In this document: piece after piece, positions 49,889 to 63,203 of the stretch | How the letters are laid out: every line of letters starts with the position of its first letter | How positions within the stretch are numbered: the stretch's first letter is position 1 | NCBI GenBank assembly: GCA_964016885.1 | Contig: OZ024758.1 | Span: 26,536,001 to 26,600,000, forward strand | Length of the DNA stretch: 64,000 bases | Source of the DNA: Eledone cirrhosa | Lineage: Eukaryota | Reading direction: 5' to 3' | Made by a program: the position numbers and the translations under genes | The notes under the pieces: model-generated | Databases searched by the model: none | The model's input: only the letters and a program-made list of their open reading frames with translations | Told to the model about the DNA's origin: nothing

Positions 49889-50229
49889 GGAGGCACATGG
49901 CTTAGTGTTTAGAGCATTGGGCTTGCAATCGAAAGGTTGTGAGTTCAATTCTCAGACTGGGTGATGTGTTGTTTCCTTGAGCAAGACACTTTATTTCACA
50001 TTGCTCCAGTTTACTCAGCTGTAGAAATGAGATGATAGGGACTGGGGTCCCTATCATTCCACTGCAAAGTGGTCGTGGAGGTGCCACGGCAAAAAAGCAC
50101 CCAGCACTCACTGTAAATGAGGTTGGTGTTAGGAAGGGCATCCAGCTGTAGAAATCAAGCCAAAATCAGTTCCCGTCCCACCCTTGCAAGCAGGGAGAAG
50201 CAGCCATGAAATGATGATGATGATGATGA
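49889..50229 (+). mobile_element. CORE-SINE B
   Basis: Full-length copy. Confidence 0.85.
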
Positions 50230-51059
50230 CCTCCCCCTTCTACCATCGATTTTTTTATTACATATTCCTTGCCTTATATTTGAGTATATACAGTAGGTGT
50301 GAAGTTGAATGATTTGTTCATATGAAGTATTACGCCAAGTCTCTGATCCCTAGATACCTTGTAACAACTAAAATATCATTGCAGCTTAAGATAACATATC
50401 TTGTCGTTGAAGCAGTCATCATCACCATTATTCCAGGTTCAATCCCACTACTCAGTGCTTTAGGCAAGTGTCTTCTACCATAGCCTTGAGTTGACCTATG
50501 TTAGTGATTGAAATTTGGTAGACAGAAACTGTTTGGAAGCTTGTCTTAGCTGTGTCTGTGCATCATCATCATCATTGTTATTTAACATGTTTTCTCTGCT
50601 ATCAAGGGCTAGACAGGTGGTCCCAGACCAAGTGGAGTTACTGACCTCTTAGACGGCCTGTAGGAAGGACATATTGCATTTTATATGTTCCTGCATTCTA
50701 CCGAGTACACCAGGTCTATTTTATCACGGTACCCTCTTAGGTAGTCTAGGGGCCTGCTTCTCGCTTATATACATTCCCCATCTCTGCTAAATGCATATTG
50801 TGATATTTACATCACTAGAGAGAGGTAGTAACTCTTCACAATCAGTTATAGTAAATAGAGATGAGTAATAAAGCAATCACTCGGTGTTGATACCATCATC
50901 ATCATCATTCTCAGGTACCAGGTCTGTTCCAGACATTGGCAATCATGGCTTTCCAGTCCTTCCTCAGGTCACTCTTTCTCATCCTGTTTTCATTGATATA
51001 ATTAACAGTTGAAAGCAGTGTCTCAGAATAGCTGCAATATAAAGACTTATACCAGTAAA

Positions 51060-51610
51060 ATAATTGTTTCTACTTTAGGCACAAGGCCAGCAATTACCCA
51101 GTGCATTACTGGTACTTTATTTTATCGACCCCGTAAGGATGAAAGGCAAAGTCAACCTCGGCGGGATTTGAACTCACTACTACTACTAATAATAATTGTT
51201 TCTACGTTAGGCACAAGGCCAGCAATTAACCAGTGCATTACTGGTACTTTATTTTATCGACCCCGTAAGGATGAAAGGCAAAGTCAACCTCGGCGGGATT
51301 TGAACTCAGATCGTAAAGGGACGTAACTATGCTGGAAAGCATGGCGTCCGACCCCGACCCTCTACCGATACTGCCAATCCACCACCAGTAAAATAATTGT
51401 TTCTAATTTAGGCACAAGGCCAACAATTTTGGGTAAAGGGAAAAGTCGATTAAATCAGCCCCAGTGCATTACTGGTACTTCATTTTATCGACCTCGTAAG
51501 GATGAAAGGCAAAGCTAACTTTGGCGGGATTTGAACTCAGAATATAAAGGACCGTAACTCGATGCTGTGAAGCATGTTGTCCGACGCTCTACTGACACTG
51601 CCAATTTCCC
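51060..51610 (-). mobile_element. Three tandem SINE family A copies
   Basis: Repeated TAATTGTTTCTA...GGCACAAGGCC...GATTTGAACTCA. Confidence 0.78.
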
Positions 51611-51744
51611 TCCACCCTTTTTTTTATACTGGTAAAATAATAAATGGAATATAAACCGAACCCCAACTTCTGATCCTTTCCCATTTAATGAAAATATCTT
51701 TCATTCAGAATGATTTACTTAGTATTTGTTTCTCATGTTTTCAG

Positions 51745-51781
51745 GGATCCAGAAAGTGTGCATTTAGCAAGTTCTTCTAAG
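51745..51781 (+). CDS. NLE1: NLE1 coding exon 7 (37 nt)
   Basis: ttcAG|G GAT...AAG|GTAAAT. (L)DPESVHLASSSK bridges exons 6 and 8 in phase. Confidence 0.88.
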
Positions 51782-51849
51782 GTAAATACCACTGAAAATC
51801 TTTTACAATTTTACCCCACCCTTCACCCATGTCCACATATCCTCCAGTC

Positions 51850-52740
51850 ACCCAGTCTACACTGTAAAGTGGTTGTGTAAGTACTACAGTAAAACACACC
51901 CAGTCCACGCTGTAAAGTGGTCATGTAGGTACCACAATAAAACACACCCAGTCTACACTGTGTAAATACTACAATAAAACACACCCAGTCCACGCTGTAA
52001 AGTGGTCATGTAGGTACCACAATTAAACACACCCAGTCTACACTGTGTAAGTACTACAATAAAACACACCCAGTCCACACTGTAAAGTGGACGTGTAGGT
52101 ACCACAATAAAACACACCCAGTCCACATTGTAAAGTGGACGTGAAGGTACCACAATAAAACACACCCAGTCCACATTGTAAAGTGTACGTGTAGGTACCA
52201 CAATAAAACACACCCAGTCCACACTGTAAAGTGGTTGTGTAAGTACTACAATAAAACACACCCAGTCCACGCTGTAAAGTGGTCATGTAGGTACCACAAT
52301 AAAACACACCCAGTCTACACTGTGTAAGTACTACAATAAAACACACCCAGTCTACACTGTAAAGTGGTTGTGTAAGTACTACAATAAAACACACCCAGTC
52401 CACGCTGTAAAGTGGTCATGGAGGTACCACAATAAAACACACCCAGTCTACACTGTAAAGTGGTTGTGTAAGTACTACAATAAAACACACCCAGTCCATG
52501 CTGTAAAGTGGTCATGTAGGTACCACAATAAAACACACCCAGTCCACACTGTAAAGTGGACGTGTAGGCACCACAAAACACACCCAGTCCACACTGTAAA
52601 GTGGACGTGTAGGCACCACAATAAAACACACCCAGTCCATGCTGTAAAGTGGTCATGTAGGCACCACAATAAAACACACCCAGTCCACACTGTAAAGTGG
52701 ACGTGTAGGCACCACGGCAAAACAGCGCCCAGCACTCACT
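51850..52740 (-). repeat. ~49-bp minisatellite of the SINE module with deleted units, ending in a SINE 3' part (to ~52855)
   Basis: Unit CAATAAAACACACCCAGTCCACRCTGTAAAGTGG...TAC. Confidence 0.88.
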
Positions 52741-53984
52741 GTAAATGAGGTTGGTGTTAGGAAGGGCATCCAGCTGTAGAAATCAAGCCAGAATCATTTC
52801 CCGTCCCACCCTTGCAAGCAGGGAAAAAGCGAACATAAAATGATGATGATGATGACAGTACCTTAACATCAGTATGAGTGGTCAGTTGCGGCCAGTTAGA
52901 ACAGAAAGAGGTGAGAAAATTCTGGCCGTGTATGGCTTGTTTAAATGCTAAAGGGTTAAAGCATGTTTTAAATGACGGTGGGCATTGCAACAATAAACGC
53001 CTAAATATCTGTTTAATAACGTTTCATCCTTAGAAAGACTTACGATAAAACCAGTACCATAAAGTGGTTTTAAACGTGTACTCATAGCTCCAATCAACTC
53101 TGTTTAATAATTGTTTCTACTATTGGCACAAGGCCAGCAATTACTCCAGTACATTACTGGTACTTTATTTTATAGACCCCGTAAGGATGAAAAGTAAAGT
53201 GAGCCTGGGCGCGATATGAACTCACACCATAAAGGGGCGTAACTCTATGCTGCAAAGCATGGCGTCCAACCTACTGATACTGCCAATCCCCCGCCCTTAT
53301 ATGGCCTGAAGTGGAGGTACGTGGCTTAGTGAAAGGTTGTTGGACTTAAGATCATAATGTCGTGGGTTCGATTCCTGAGCAAATACTTCATTTCAGCTGA
53401 AAATGAGTACCGGCAATAGCCTGGGGGTTTAACCCTGCAATGGACTGACGTCCTGTCTTTAGCGAGTCTTGTACTCCCAGTCGATTAACACCAGGGAAAC
53501 TGCGATAAGTTCCCGCCTGATGAGCCTCCAAGCTCGAGACAAACTTAGCGGTTAGGCAGTTTTAAACACTGTATAATACTATAATTGACTATGTTTAAAT
53601 AGTGACTTAATTTTCTGAAAATCGTGATTAGAAAAAAATACATATAAAGGGGAACAACTTTGATCGGCTTACTGTAAATTGTGGTGGACTATAAAACGTT
53701 CGTTGTATTTTTCAGGGAATAAAGTGTATCTTTATTTTCGAGAAAAAAGTTATAGTAGTGTTTAAGATATTTATTCGCTGTATAGGACGCGTATGGATTT
53801 CGTTATCAAATCTTTGGGAAAATATCGTATATCAACAATGACATCATCATCGTTTAATGTCCATTTTCTATGCTGGCATAGGTTAGAGGAGTTATTAGGT
53901 CAGGTGACCATGTCTTGTTCGTACAGAACCGGTTTTAGCTTGGTTTCTACAGCTGGATGCCCTTCCTAGCGTCAACCTCATTTA

Positions 53985-54270
53985 CAGTGTATGTTGGGTA
54001 CTTTTTTGTCGTGACGCCTACACGACCACTTTACAGTGTGGACTGGGTGCTTTTTTGTTGTGACACCTACATGACCACTTTACAGTGTGGACTGGGTGCT
54101 TTTTTGTTGTGACACCTACATGACCACTTTACAGTGTGGACTGGGTGCTTTTTATCGTGACACCTACATGACCACTTTACAGTGTGGACTGGGTGCTTTT
54201 GTCGTGACACCTACATGACCACTTTACAGTGTGGACTGGGTGCTTTTGTCATGACACCTACACAACCACA
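53985..54270 (+). repeat. 5-6 tandem SINE-module units
   Basis: GACCACTTTACAGTGTGGACTGGGTGCTTTT repeats. Confidence 0.85.
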
Positions 54271-54597
54271 TTCATTTCCATTATATTTTCTCCTCATAGC
54301 AATCCCTAAATAGCTACAAAGCTTAGTAAGATGAGTCTCACTTGCTTGGCTTTTGCCACATTGAATCTACTGAGTTTGTGATAGCCACAGTTATTGAATT
54401 TCACCACAATTGATGATGATGATGAATTATAGTTCAGTCTGTTTTCCAGGCTGTCATGGGTTAGACAGTCTGTTTTCCAGGCTGTCATGGGTTAGACAGA
54501 CCATTACAATATGTAAAAGTTATTATTTGAAGATTCTGCCCTCCTACACAGGTTCGAGTTCACATCTCAACAAGACATATAACAATAAACAATGGTA

Positions 54598-54629
<32 letters not shown>

Positions 54630-55149
54630 CTTGTTGTGAGTTCAATTCTCGGACCAGGTGATGTGTTGTGTCCTTGAGCAAGACACTTTATTTCACATTG
54701 CTCCAGTTTACTCAGCTGTAGAAATGAGATGATAGAGACTGGGGTCCCTATCATTCTACTGCAAAGTGGTCGTGGAGGTGCCACGGCAAAGAAGCACCCA
54801 GCCCACACTGTAAAATGGAAGTGTAGGCGCCACGGAAAAAAGCACCCAGCACTCCCTGTACTCACTGTAAATGAGGTTGGTGTTAGGAAGGACATCCAGC
54901 TGTAGAAACCAGGCCAAGATCAGTTCCCGTATGAGCAAGACAAGGTCAGCTGACTGGACACTGCCCACAACAGGACAACCCATCTAACCCATGCTAGCGT
55001 GGAAGGACGGACGTAAAACGGTGATGATGATGACTTGGCACTGCAGTGGCATCTAGAAAATATCTTGATTTATTTTATTAGTTCAAAAGAAGTAATTCTA
55101 TTAGCCTACTAACTTACTAGTGTTAGAACTTTTATACTTTATATATATA

Positions 55150-55444
55150 TTTCGTTTCTGAATTTGTTTAGCAAGATTCTTTATCTGAAATCGTGTGTTG
55201 AAACCGATATTGTTATACTTTGGGAGGGTCATGTTGCCAATAAGAAACACACGCATCAGTTGCTTTCACTTCAATTTATTATAATAAATTTATAATAAAT
55301 TTATAAATTTCTGGTTGTGGAACCAAGGAACCAACCAACCAACCAGAAATTTATAAATTTATAAATTTATTATAAGAAATTGAAGTGAAAGCAACTGGTG
55401 CGTGTGTTTCTTATTGGCAACATGACCCTCCCAAAGTATAACAA
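55150..55444. mobile_element. Second Penelope-like foldback copy, with shorter arms and no hammerhead
   Basis: Same tail and outer arm sequence as 4719-5277; ACTTTATATATAT duplicated on both flanks. Confidence 0.75.
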
Positions 55445-55569
55445 CTTTATATATATTTTTTAGTAAATACCAAGTTGGCAATTAGGTATTCATGGCACCC
55501 CAGTACCGTTCCAAAATTTTAAAATGCTAGCGTGGAAGATAGACGTTAAACGATGATGATGTTGATTAA

Positions 55570-56290
55570 CATTGGCAGTATCGGTAGAGGGTTGGACGCC
55601 ATGCTTTCCAGCATAGTTACGTCCCTTTACGATCTGAGTTCAAATCCCGCCAAGGTTAACTTTGCCTTTCATCCTTACGGGGTCGATAAAATAAAGTACC
55701 AGTAATGAACTGGATAATTGCTGGCCTTGTGCCTAAAGTAGAAACAATTATTATTAGTGAAGTTTAAGGGCGGTGGATTGGCAGTATCGGTAGAGGGTCG
55801 GACGCCATGCTTTGCAGCATAGAGTTACAGCCCTTTATGATCGGAGTTCAAATCCCGCCGAGGCTAACTTTGCTTTTCATCTTGGGGGGGGGGGGGGGGG
55901 GGGTCGATAAAATAAAGTACCAGTAATGCACTGGTGTCGATTTAATCGACTTTTCCTTCCCCTAAAATTGCTGGCCTTGTGCCTATATAAGAAACCAGTA
56001 TTAGTGAAGTTTGAATTCGACTAGTAGAATTACTTCCCTTGCACAAATAACAAAAATATACACACGCTCATTCTCTCTCTCTCTCTCTCTCATTGATTAT
56101 TTATTGTGGATTGGCAGTATCGGTAGAGGGTCGGATGCCATGCTTTGAAGCATTAGAGTTATCTCTCTGTACGATCTGAGTTCAAATCCCGCCGAGGTTA
56201 ACTTTACCTTTCATCCTTACTGGGTCGATAGAATAAAGTACCAGTAATGCATTGGGTAATTGCTGGTCTTGTGCCAAATGTAGAAACAAT
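55570..56290 (+). mobile_element. Three SINE family A copies (+); inverted copy at ~56775-56965
   Basis: A/B boxes and shared 3' end. Confidence 0.78.
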
Positions 56291-56444
56291 TATTTATTTA
56301 TTCAGTGAGATTAGAGATCATAAAATATGATTGCATTTAATCATAATTTTTCGATTTGTGACGAAAGCCGCAGTATAATTCAAAACGAAAGGAATTCTGT
56401 AAATCTCCAGAAATTAAATAGATATGTGCCTGTGTGTGCATATG

Positions 56445-56659
56445 CAGACTTGTCAACTCTCCCCGTTCGACAGGGAGATCTCCCACCCAGTTTGAGGTGG
56501 GTGAGAGATGTCTTTCTTCTCTTGTGAAAAATGGGTATAACTTTCATTATGTAAAATCTCCCCATTTTGCCTCTTTTCTCTCCGTTCTGGGACACATTTT
56601 TTTTTTTTTTTTAATTTCATGGTACTCCCTGTTTGGGTTTTTGAAGGTTGACAGGTCTG
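56445..56659. mobile_element. MITE with 13-bp TIRs
   Basis: CAGACTTGTCAAC / GTTGACAGGTCTG (12/13 match); flanks CATATG / CTTATG. Confidence 0.55.
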
Positions 56660-57244
56660 CTTATGTATGTTTTTTTTTTTTACTGGTGTCAGTCATTCAC
56701 CTGCAGTCATAGTAATGTACCACCTTCAAGTATCTTCCTATTCATCAAATATTGTAGTCATCATCATCATCATATAATTGTTTCTACTTTTGGCACAAGG
56801 CCAGCAATTACCCCAGTGCATTACTGGTACTTTATTTTATCGACCCCGTAAGGATGAAAGGCAAAGTTAACCTCGGCAGGATTTGAACTCAGATCAGAAA
56901 GGGGCGTAACTCTATGCTACAAAGCATGTCGTCCGACCCTCTACCTATACTGCCAAACCACCATCCCATAATCTCTATTTTCCATGCTTGCATGGGTTAA
57001 GCGGGTTGTCATGTACTGAGGCTAGACTGGTCAGGTGACTATGTCTTGTTCGTGTTTTTGGTTTGGTTTCTACAGCTGGATGATGATGATGATGATGATG
57101 ACGATGACGACGACGACGACGGCGGCGACGACAACGCCGTTTTACGTCCAGCCACATTTACAGTGTGTGATGGGTTCTTTTTGCCATGTCTTTTACACGT
57201 CCATTTTACAGTGTGTGTTGGATGTTTTGTGGTACCAGTATAAT

Positions 57245-57614
57245 ATCATCATCTTCACCGTTTTACGTCCGTTCTTCCAAGTTAGCATGGGTTAGACGGG
57301 TTGCTCTGTTGTGGCCAGTGCCCGGTCGGCTGACCTTGTCTTGTTCATACGAGAACTGATTCTGGCTTGATTTCTACAGCTGGATGCCCTTCCTAACACT
57401 AACCTCATTTACAGTGAGTGCTGGGTGCTTTTTTGCCGTGGCACCTCCACGACCACTTTGCAGTGGAATGATAGGGACCCCAGTCCCTATCATCTCATTT
57501 CTACAGCTGAGTAAACTGGAGCAATGTGAAATAAAGTGTCTTGCTCAAGGAAACAACACATCACCCGGTCCGATTGCAAGGCCAATGCTCAAACCACTAA
57601 GCCATGTGCCTTCC
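57245..57614 (-). mobile_element. CORE-SINE B with long tail and a deletion in the head
   Basis: Family similarity. Confidence 0.78.
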
Positions 57615-58599
57615 TTTGTTAATACCATTTTACAGGGTGGACTGGGTGTTTTTTTTTGTAGCACCTGCAGTGCTACTTTACTGGGCTAACTGGGTGCTTT
57701 TATTGTGATGCTAGCACCTGCACTTTACAGAGTGGGCTCGGTGCATTAAATTGTGGCACCAACACTGGGGAGGCATTGATTGGTGGTGGTGGTGGTGGTT
57801 GGGGGGGGGGGGGGGTGTTACCACCGGGGAAGGGGAAGCATTGAGTCAAGGAGATGGCCTTAGAGAGAATAAGTTGCTGCATCTGGTGGTGCATTGTGAG
57901 GTATGTCTGGCTTTCTTTAGCAGCTTGGGTTGGTCAAGAAGAGGGGAGGGGTGAAGAATGTGAATGAAGGGAGCACTTGGAGAGTGAAGTAGGCTTGGGA
58001 TGGGGGAATTTGGACAGAGGAGTTGGAATGGAGCAGGAAGTATATTGGCTGGCGGGCTGCTAAATGTTATTTCACATCCCAATACTTGTTATCTCCCATC
58101 AGCATAGGTAGACGAGTCCTTTGTAGTATGGCTTATCACCAGCCAACATAATCTTGTCATCTTGTATCATTTCCTTTACCACATCATCCCAGGTTTTCTT
58201 TGATCTTCCTCTTTCACATGTTCCATCGATTTTGAATGCCTGCACTTTTTTATGCAGCTGTCATCTACCATGTGCATCACATGTTCATACCAGTCATAAA
58301 TGGTTTCAAATTTATTTTTATACACTGTAAAGTGATCGTGTAGGTTTCGCGACAAAACGTACCCAGCACACACTGTCAATGTGGTTGGCGTTGGGAAGGA
58401 CATCCAGCCGTAGAAAACCAGCCAGAAACTCTCCTATATGAGCAAGACACGGTCACTTGACCCAACTTGCGTCTAATTGGGACAAACCCGTCTAACCCAT
58501 GCTAGCGTGGAAGATAGACATTAATCAATGATGATGATGAGGACACTGATACACAAACACATCTTTATGTTGTAGTAATACAAAGTGTACAGTATTTAA

Positions 58600-58798
58600 C
58601 CCTTTACCATTTACATTACTCTATATTTACTATTATATTTTTTGTGGTAAAGGCTTTACCTCACATAAAATCGAAGCTGCAAGATTTTGATGTTATTTAT
58701 TTTGAGAACAATATCTTAACATCAGTATGAGCAGCATGTTACGGCCAGTTTGAACAGAAAGAGGTGAGAGAATTCTGGCCAGTTTAAATGCTAAAGGG
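58600..58798 (+). mobile_element. piggyBac-like MITE
   Basis: TTAA on both sides and TIRs. Confidence 0.78.
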
Positions 58799-58830
58799 TT
58801 AATGTATAACACATCGTAATGTAATCTTAT

Positions 58831-59362
58831 ATCATCATCATCATCATTTTACGTCCGTTTTTCCCTGCTTGCAAGGGTTAGACGGATCCTATTCAGCACA
58901 GCATCCCTCGGCATCTCCTCGGTGAGTTTCAGCGATCTGAGGTCTGCTCTCACCACCTCCGCCAATGTTTTACGTGGTCTTCCTCTACTGCATCTTCCTT
59001 CTACTGGGATTTCTTGGCACTTCTTTACCCAGCAGTCATCCTCCATGCACATCACATGTCCATACCATCTCAGCCTTCTCTCCTGCACACCACAACTTAT
59101 CCCTCTTATACCCAGTTTCTTTCTCAACTCGTCTATGCCTGGTCGTTCACGCACATTGACACTGCACATCCAACGGAGCATACTTGCTTTATTTCTCTCC
59201 AGCCGTCACATATCCTCTGCAGTTGCTGCCCATGTCTCACTACCATGCAGCATCGCGCATCTTACACAGGCATCATATAACCGTTTTTTCGTACGCAGGG
59301 AGAAACCCTTCTTTGTCAACAGAGGAAGCAGCTCCCTAAACTTCTTCCAACCCATCCTTATA
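58831..59362 (-). mobile_element. RTE LINE 3' fragment including its 3' terminus and (GAT)n tail
   Basis: GWKKFRELLPLL...LHGSETW / MLRWMC...RRLRWYGHV...GRPRKT; its 3' end matches the SINE B tail. Confidence 0.85.
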
Positions 59363-59689
59363 TTCAAAATACATGTGAAAATACAGCCATCCATGTTAAT
59401 ATGATTTATGTTTTGTACCCATGGGTTTCATGTAGGATCATACAATCATCAATGAGTGAAAGGAGATATGGATTATACACTGCTTGTCATAATAATTGTT
59501 TCTACGTTAGGCACAAGGCCAGCAATTATCCAGTGTATTACTGGTACTTTAATTTATCGACCCCGTAAGGATGAAAGGCAAAGTTAACCTCGGCGGGATT
59601 TGAACTCAGAATGGCAAGGGCCGTAACTCTATGCGCCAAAGCATGGCATCCGACACTCTACCAATACTGCCAATCCACTGCTTGTCATA

Positions 59690-60060
59690 ATCATCATCAT
59701 CGTTTTTACGTCTGTTTTTTCCATGCTTGCATGGGTTGGACGGGTCCTTCTCAGTATGGTATATCTCCATTCGTTGCATTCCTTTGTTATGTCCGTCCTC
59801 TATGAATCTCAGCAATTTAAAGTCAGTTCTCACAACCTCTGCCCAAAACTTTCTTGGTTTACCTCTACCGTGGCTTCCTTCCACTTAGATTTCCTGGCAC
59901 TTCTTCACCCAATGATCATCATCCATGCACATCACATGTCCATACCAACACAGTCTTCTCTCCTGCCCATCACCTTGGATTTCTCTTAAACCCATCTTCT
60001 CCCTCAACTCGTCCAAGCTCTGCCTTTCCCTCACACTTACATTACACATCTGACGAAGCC
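59690..60060 (-). mobile_element. Degenerate RTE LINE 3' fragment
   Basis: GRGKPRKFWAEVVRTD motif; (GAT)n tail. Confidence 0.7.
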
Positions 60061-60479
60061 TGGCTGCTGTATTTTATGTAATTTGGTTTGGGTTGTTTCA
60101 TTACATCAAATTGCTAGGGATGTAATTCCATAGAACAAATTTACTGCTCTATCAAGCTATTAGACTAATAGCAACTGAGTATATCTCTCTGTAATGGTGC
60201 TGACGTACACCCATATCTTGTGTAGATGCATTGTCACTTCTTGATCTTCTAGATAATTAATTTATTTCTCTCTTCTAAATAATTAATATATTATTCTCTT
60301 AATTTAACTTATCACCATGTTTGAACTTTCATGAAATTTGTAAATTAGCTATCATCTGAAGTTGGTAAATAGCAGGGATGGTACTTTGTGCATTCATAGA
60401 AGCATGCTTATTAGATAAGAAGATAAGAGAGATACAGGGTTAATGTCTTTCTTCAATTAAATTCTGCCTTATCAATGAT

Positions 60480-61040
60480 ATACATGTGTTTTTGAGTGTA
60501 TGGTAATTTTAATTGACATATCTGTCAACATCAGGATGACTACTTTGGAGTACATGGTGGCTATGGATTTCGTATGAGATGAGAAATAAGGAGTGATCAA
60601 GACTCTTGAAGCTCTGTGATACAAATGACCTAACCATCTGTTACACTTCAAGAAACCAGCCAGCCACTTGATCACCTTCCAATCAGGCAAACATGTAAAT
60701 CAGATAACCTTCATAGTCACCAGAAAATGGGTTGTAAACGGGGCCTCCAAGAGAAAGTTTGTAAGGCAGTACAAAACGCCCTTTGGGGCCCGAAGTAGGC
60801 AAAGATTTTTCTCAAAATGGATGTTGCATGGTTGATGTGGGGCCTTCTTAGCTCTTGGGCCCCAGAACAAATTACTGGCTGGACCATCCTCTCCCGGCTT
60901 GTAAATACTACGTCTTTCCTAAGAGAAAAATGTACCATTCAGTAGTGATTAGCGACATTAGAGTAAGTGCTAGATGGACTCAGAGGCACAGCATAACCTG
61001 GAGAAAGATAAGGATACTGAAAGATCCTTCTGCTAAATAT
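60480..61040 (+). mobile_element. Degenerate RTE APE-endonuclease fragment
   Basis: Frameshifted GNFN.H...GVHGGYGF...CDTNDL...FKKPASHLITFQSG...ILKDP. Confidence 0.6.
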
Positions 61041-61583
61041 ATATGTTCACAGAGCTTGTATGTGATGCATACGATAGGAAGGAAGAGGAGATAGAGACCT
61101 AGAGCATAGAAGGTTTCCATAAGACAACTGGCTGCAGGTCACAGATGAGCAATGTACCAACTAAACACAAGGTAACATGTTGGTAGAAGAGTACTGTAGA
61201 TAGAGCCATATAAACTAAAGACAGACCTGGAAATATCCGAAGATAGAAGACAGTAAAATACAATATCAATGGAAGAAAAGGTAGATGGCAGGTTTACATA
61301 GCATGGAGAGACTCTACAAACCAGAGTATTTACCAATGTTCTGTAATGAGAGGATCAAAGGAATTAAGTGTTCTGGACTACAAAGCCATGTGTCTGAATA
61401 AATAAAGACATTGAAGGAGAAAAGTGTGTTCAAAATTACTCACCAACCACTTTACAGAGTGTACTGGGTGTATTTATTATATCTTTGTTTGGCAAGTTTT
61501 CTACAGCTGGATGCCCTTCTTACCAGCAACAACATTATCATAGAACATACTGTATAACTATTTATTTTTGTGTCTTTTACCAG

Positions 61584-61739
61584 GATGGCATGGTTCGAAT
61601 ATGGAATACTGTATTGAGTCAGTGTTGTATTACACTCAGTGGTCATTTACAGTGTGTTACCTGTATTAAATGGGGAGGTGAGAATCTATTGTTCTCTTCA
61701 TCTCAAGACCGAACCATCAAAGTATGGAATCCAGAAGAT
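61584..61739 (+). CDS. NLE1: NLE1 coding exon 8 (WD40); gene continues beyond the window
   Basis: ccAG|GAT...GAT|GTAAGT. DGMVRIWNTVLSQCCITLSGHLQCVTCIKWGGENLLFSSSQDRTIKVWNPED. Confidence 0.95.
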
Positions 61740-62498
61740 GTAAGTATTCATTCAAAATATAGATTCCTTTCTTTTGTTTCTTTATCTTCTGTACATATAA
61801 TTGTTTCTAGTTTTGGCACAAGGCCAGCAATTACCCAGTGTATTACTGGTACTTTATTTTATCAACCCCATAAGGATGAAAGGCAAAGTTAACCTCGGCG
61901 GGATTTGAACTCAGAATCTGTACATATAAGGAAGTCATGATAATTCTTTCTAACATTGGCACAAGGCCAGCAATAAGGGAGGGGAAAGTTGGTTATATTG
62001 ACCCAGTATTTCTTCTTCTTGTTCCACTTATTCCTGAGAGGGTCTTGGAGGCAAAGTCTTCAAACACTCCTTCCAGCGGCTCCTGTCAGAAGCAACCGTC
62101 TCCAATTGATCTGACCAGCCAAGCTCATGGATGTTATCCAACCATGTTGCTTCGGGTCTACCCCTGGGTTTCCTGCCACATGGTTTCACACCGTAAAATC
62201 TGTCCACTGATTCTTTCCTGAGACATTCTAACCCCAGTATTTAACTGGTAATTTAAATGGATGAAAAACAAAGTTGACCTCTGGGATTTGAACTCGGAAC
62301 AAGGAAAGTCATAACTAAACAGCACAAAGTATTTTGTCCAAAACTCTGTTGACACTGCCAATCCTCAGTTTTCATGAAGTCTTAATAATTGTTTCTACTT
62401 TTGGCACAAGGCCAACAATTACCCAGAACATTACTGGTACTTTATTTTATCGACCCTGTAAGGATGAAAGGCAAATTCTGATTTAGACACAGGGGCAA

Positions 62499-62529
<31 letters not shown>

Positions 62530-62975
62530 GTGAGTGTCAATTAAATCAACCCCAGGGCATTACTGGTACTTTATTTTACCGACCCTGTAAGGATGAAAAG
62601 CAAAGCTAACTTTGGTCGAATTCAAACTCAGAACTTAAAGGGCCTTAACTCTATGCCACGAAGCATGGTGTTTGACACTTTGCCAATACTGCCAATCCAC
62701 TGCCCTTGAAGTCTTAATGATAATTTTGAAATAACTTTCCTCTTCACCTACTAAAACAAAATACTATTAGAGTTTTTTTATCTTATCTATCACTTACTTA
62801 TTCCATCACCACTCTACTTGGCCTACTAGAGACAGTGATGTAGTCAATGAACCTACTAGAAATAGAAGGTAAATTTCCTACAAAGTATTTGGACTATATA
62901 TCTGATCTGAGGATAAAACCCCTCTAATTAAGCTATGAAATAGCATTTTTTTTTTTATATATCCTAACGCCTTAA

Positions 62976-63182
62976 CCCTTTAATGTTCAAACCGGCCAGA
63001 ATCTACCTCTTTCTGTTGAAACTGGCTGTAACTGGTCGCTCAAACTGATGTTAAGATATTGTTCTCAAAATAAATACTTTCAAAATCTCATAGATTTGAT
63101 ATTATGTGAGATAATTATGCGAGATAAAGCCTTTACTATGAAAATATAATAGTATATATAGTGTAATGTGAATATTAAAGGG
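62976..63182 (-). mobile_element. piggyBac-like MITE
   Basis: TTAA on both sides and TIRs. Confidence 0.75.
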
Positions 63183-63203
63183 TTAATGAAATGTTACGTT
63201 ACA

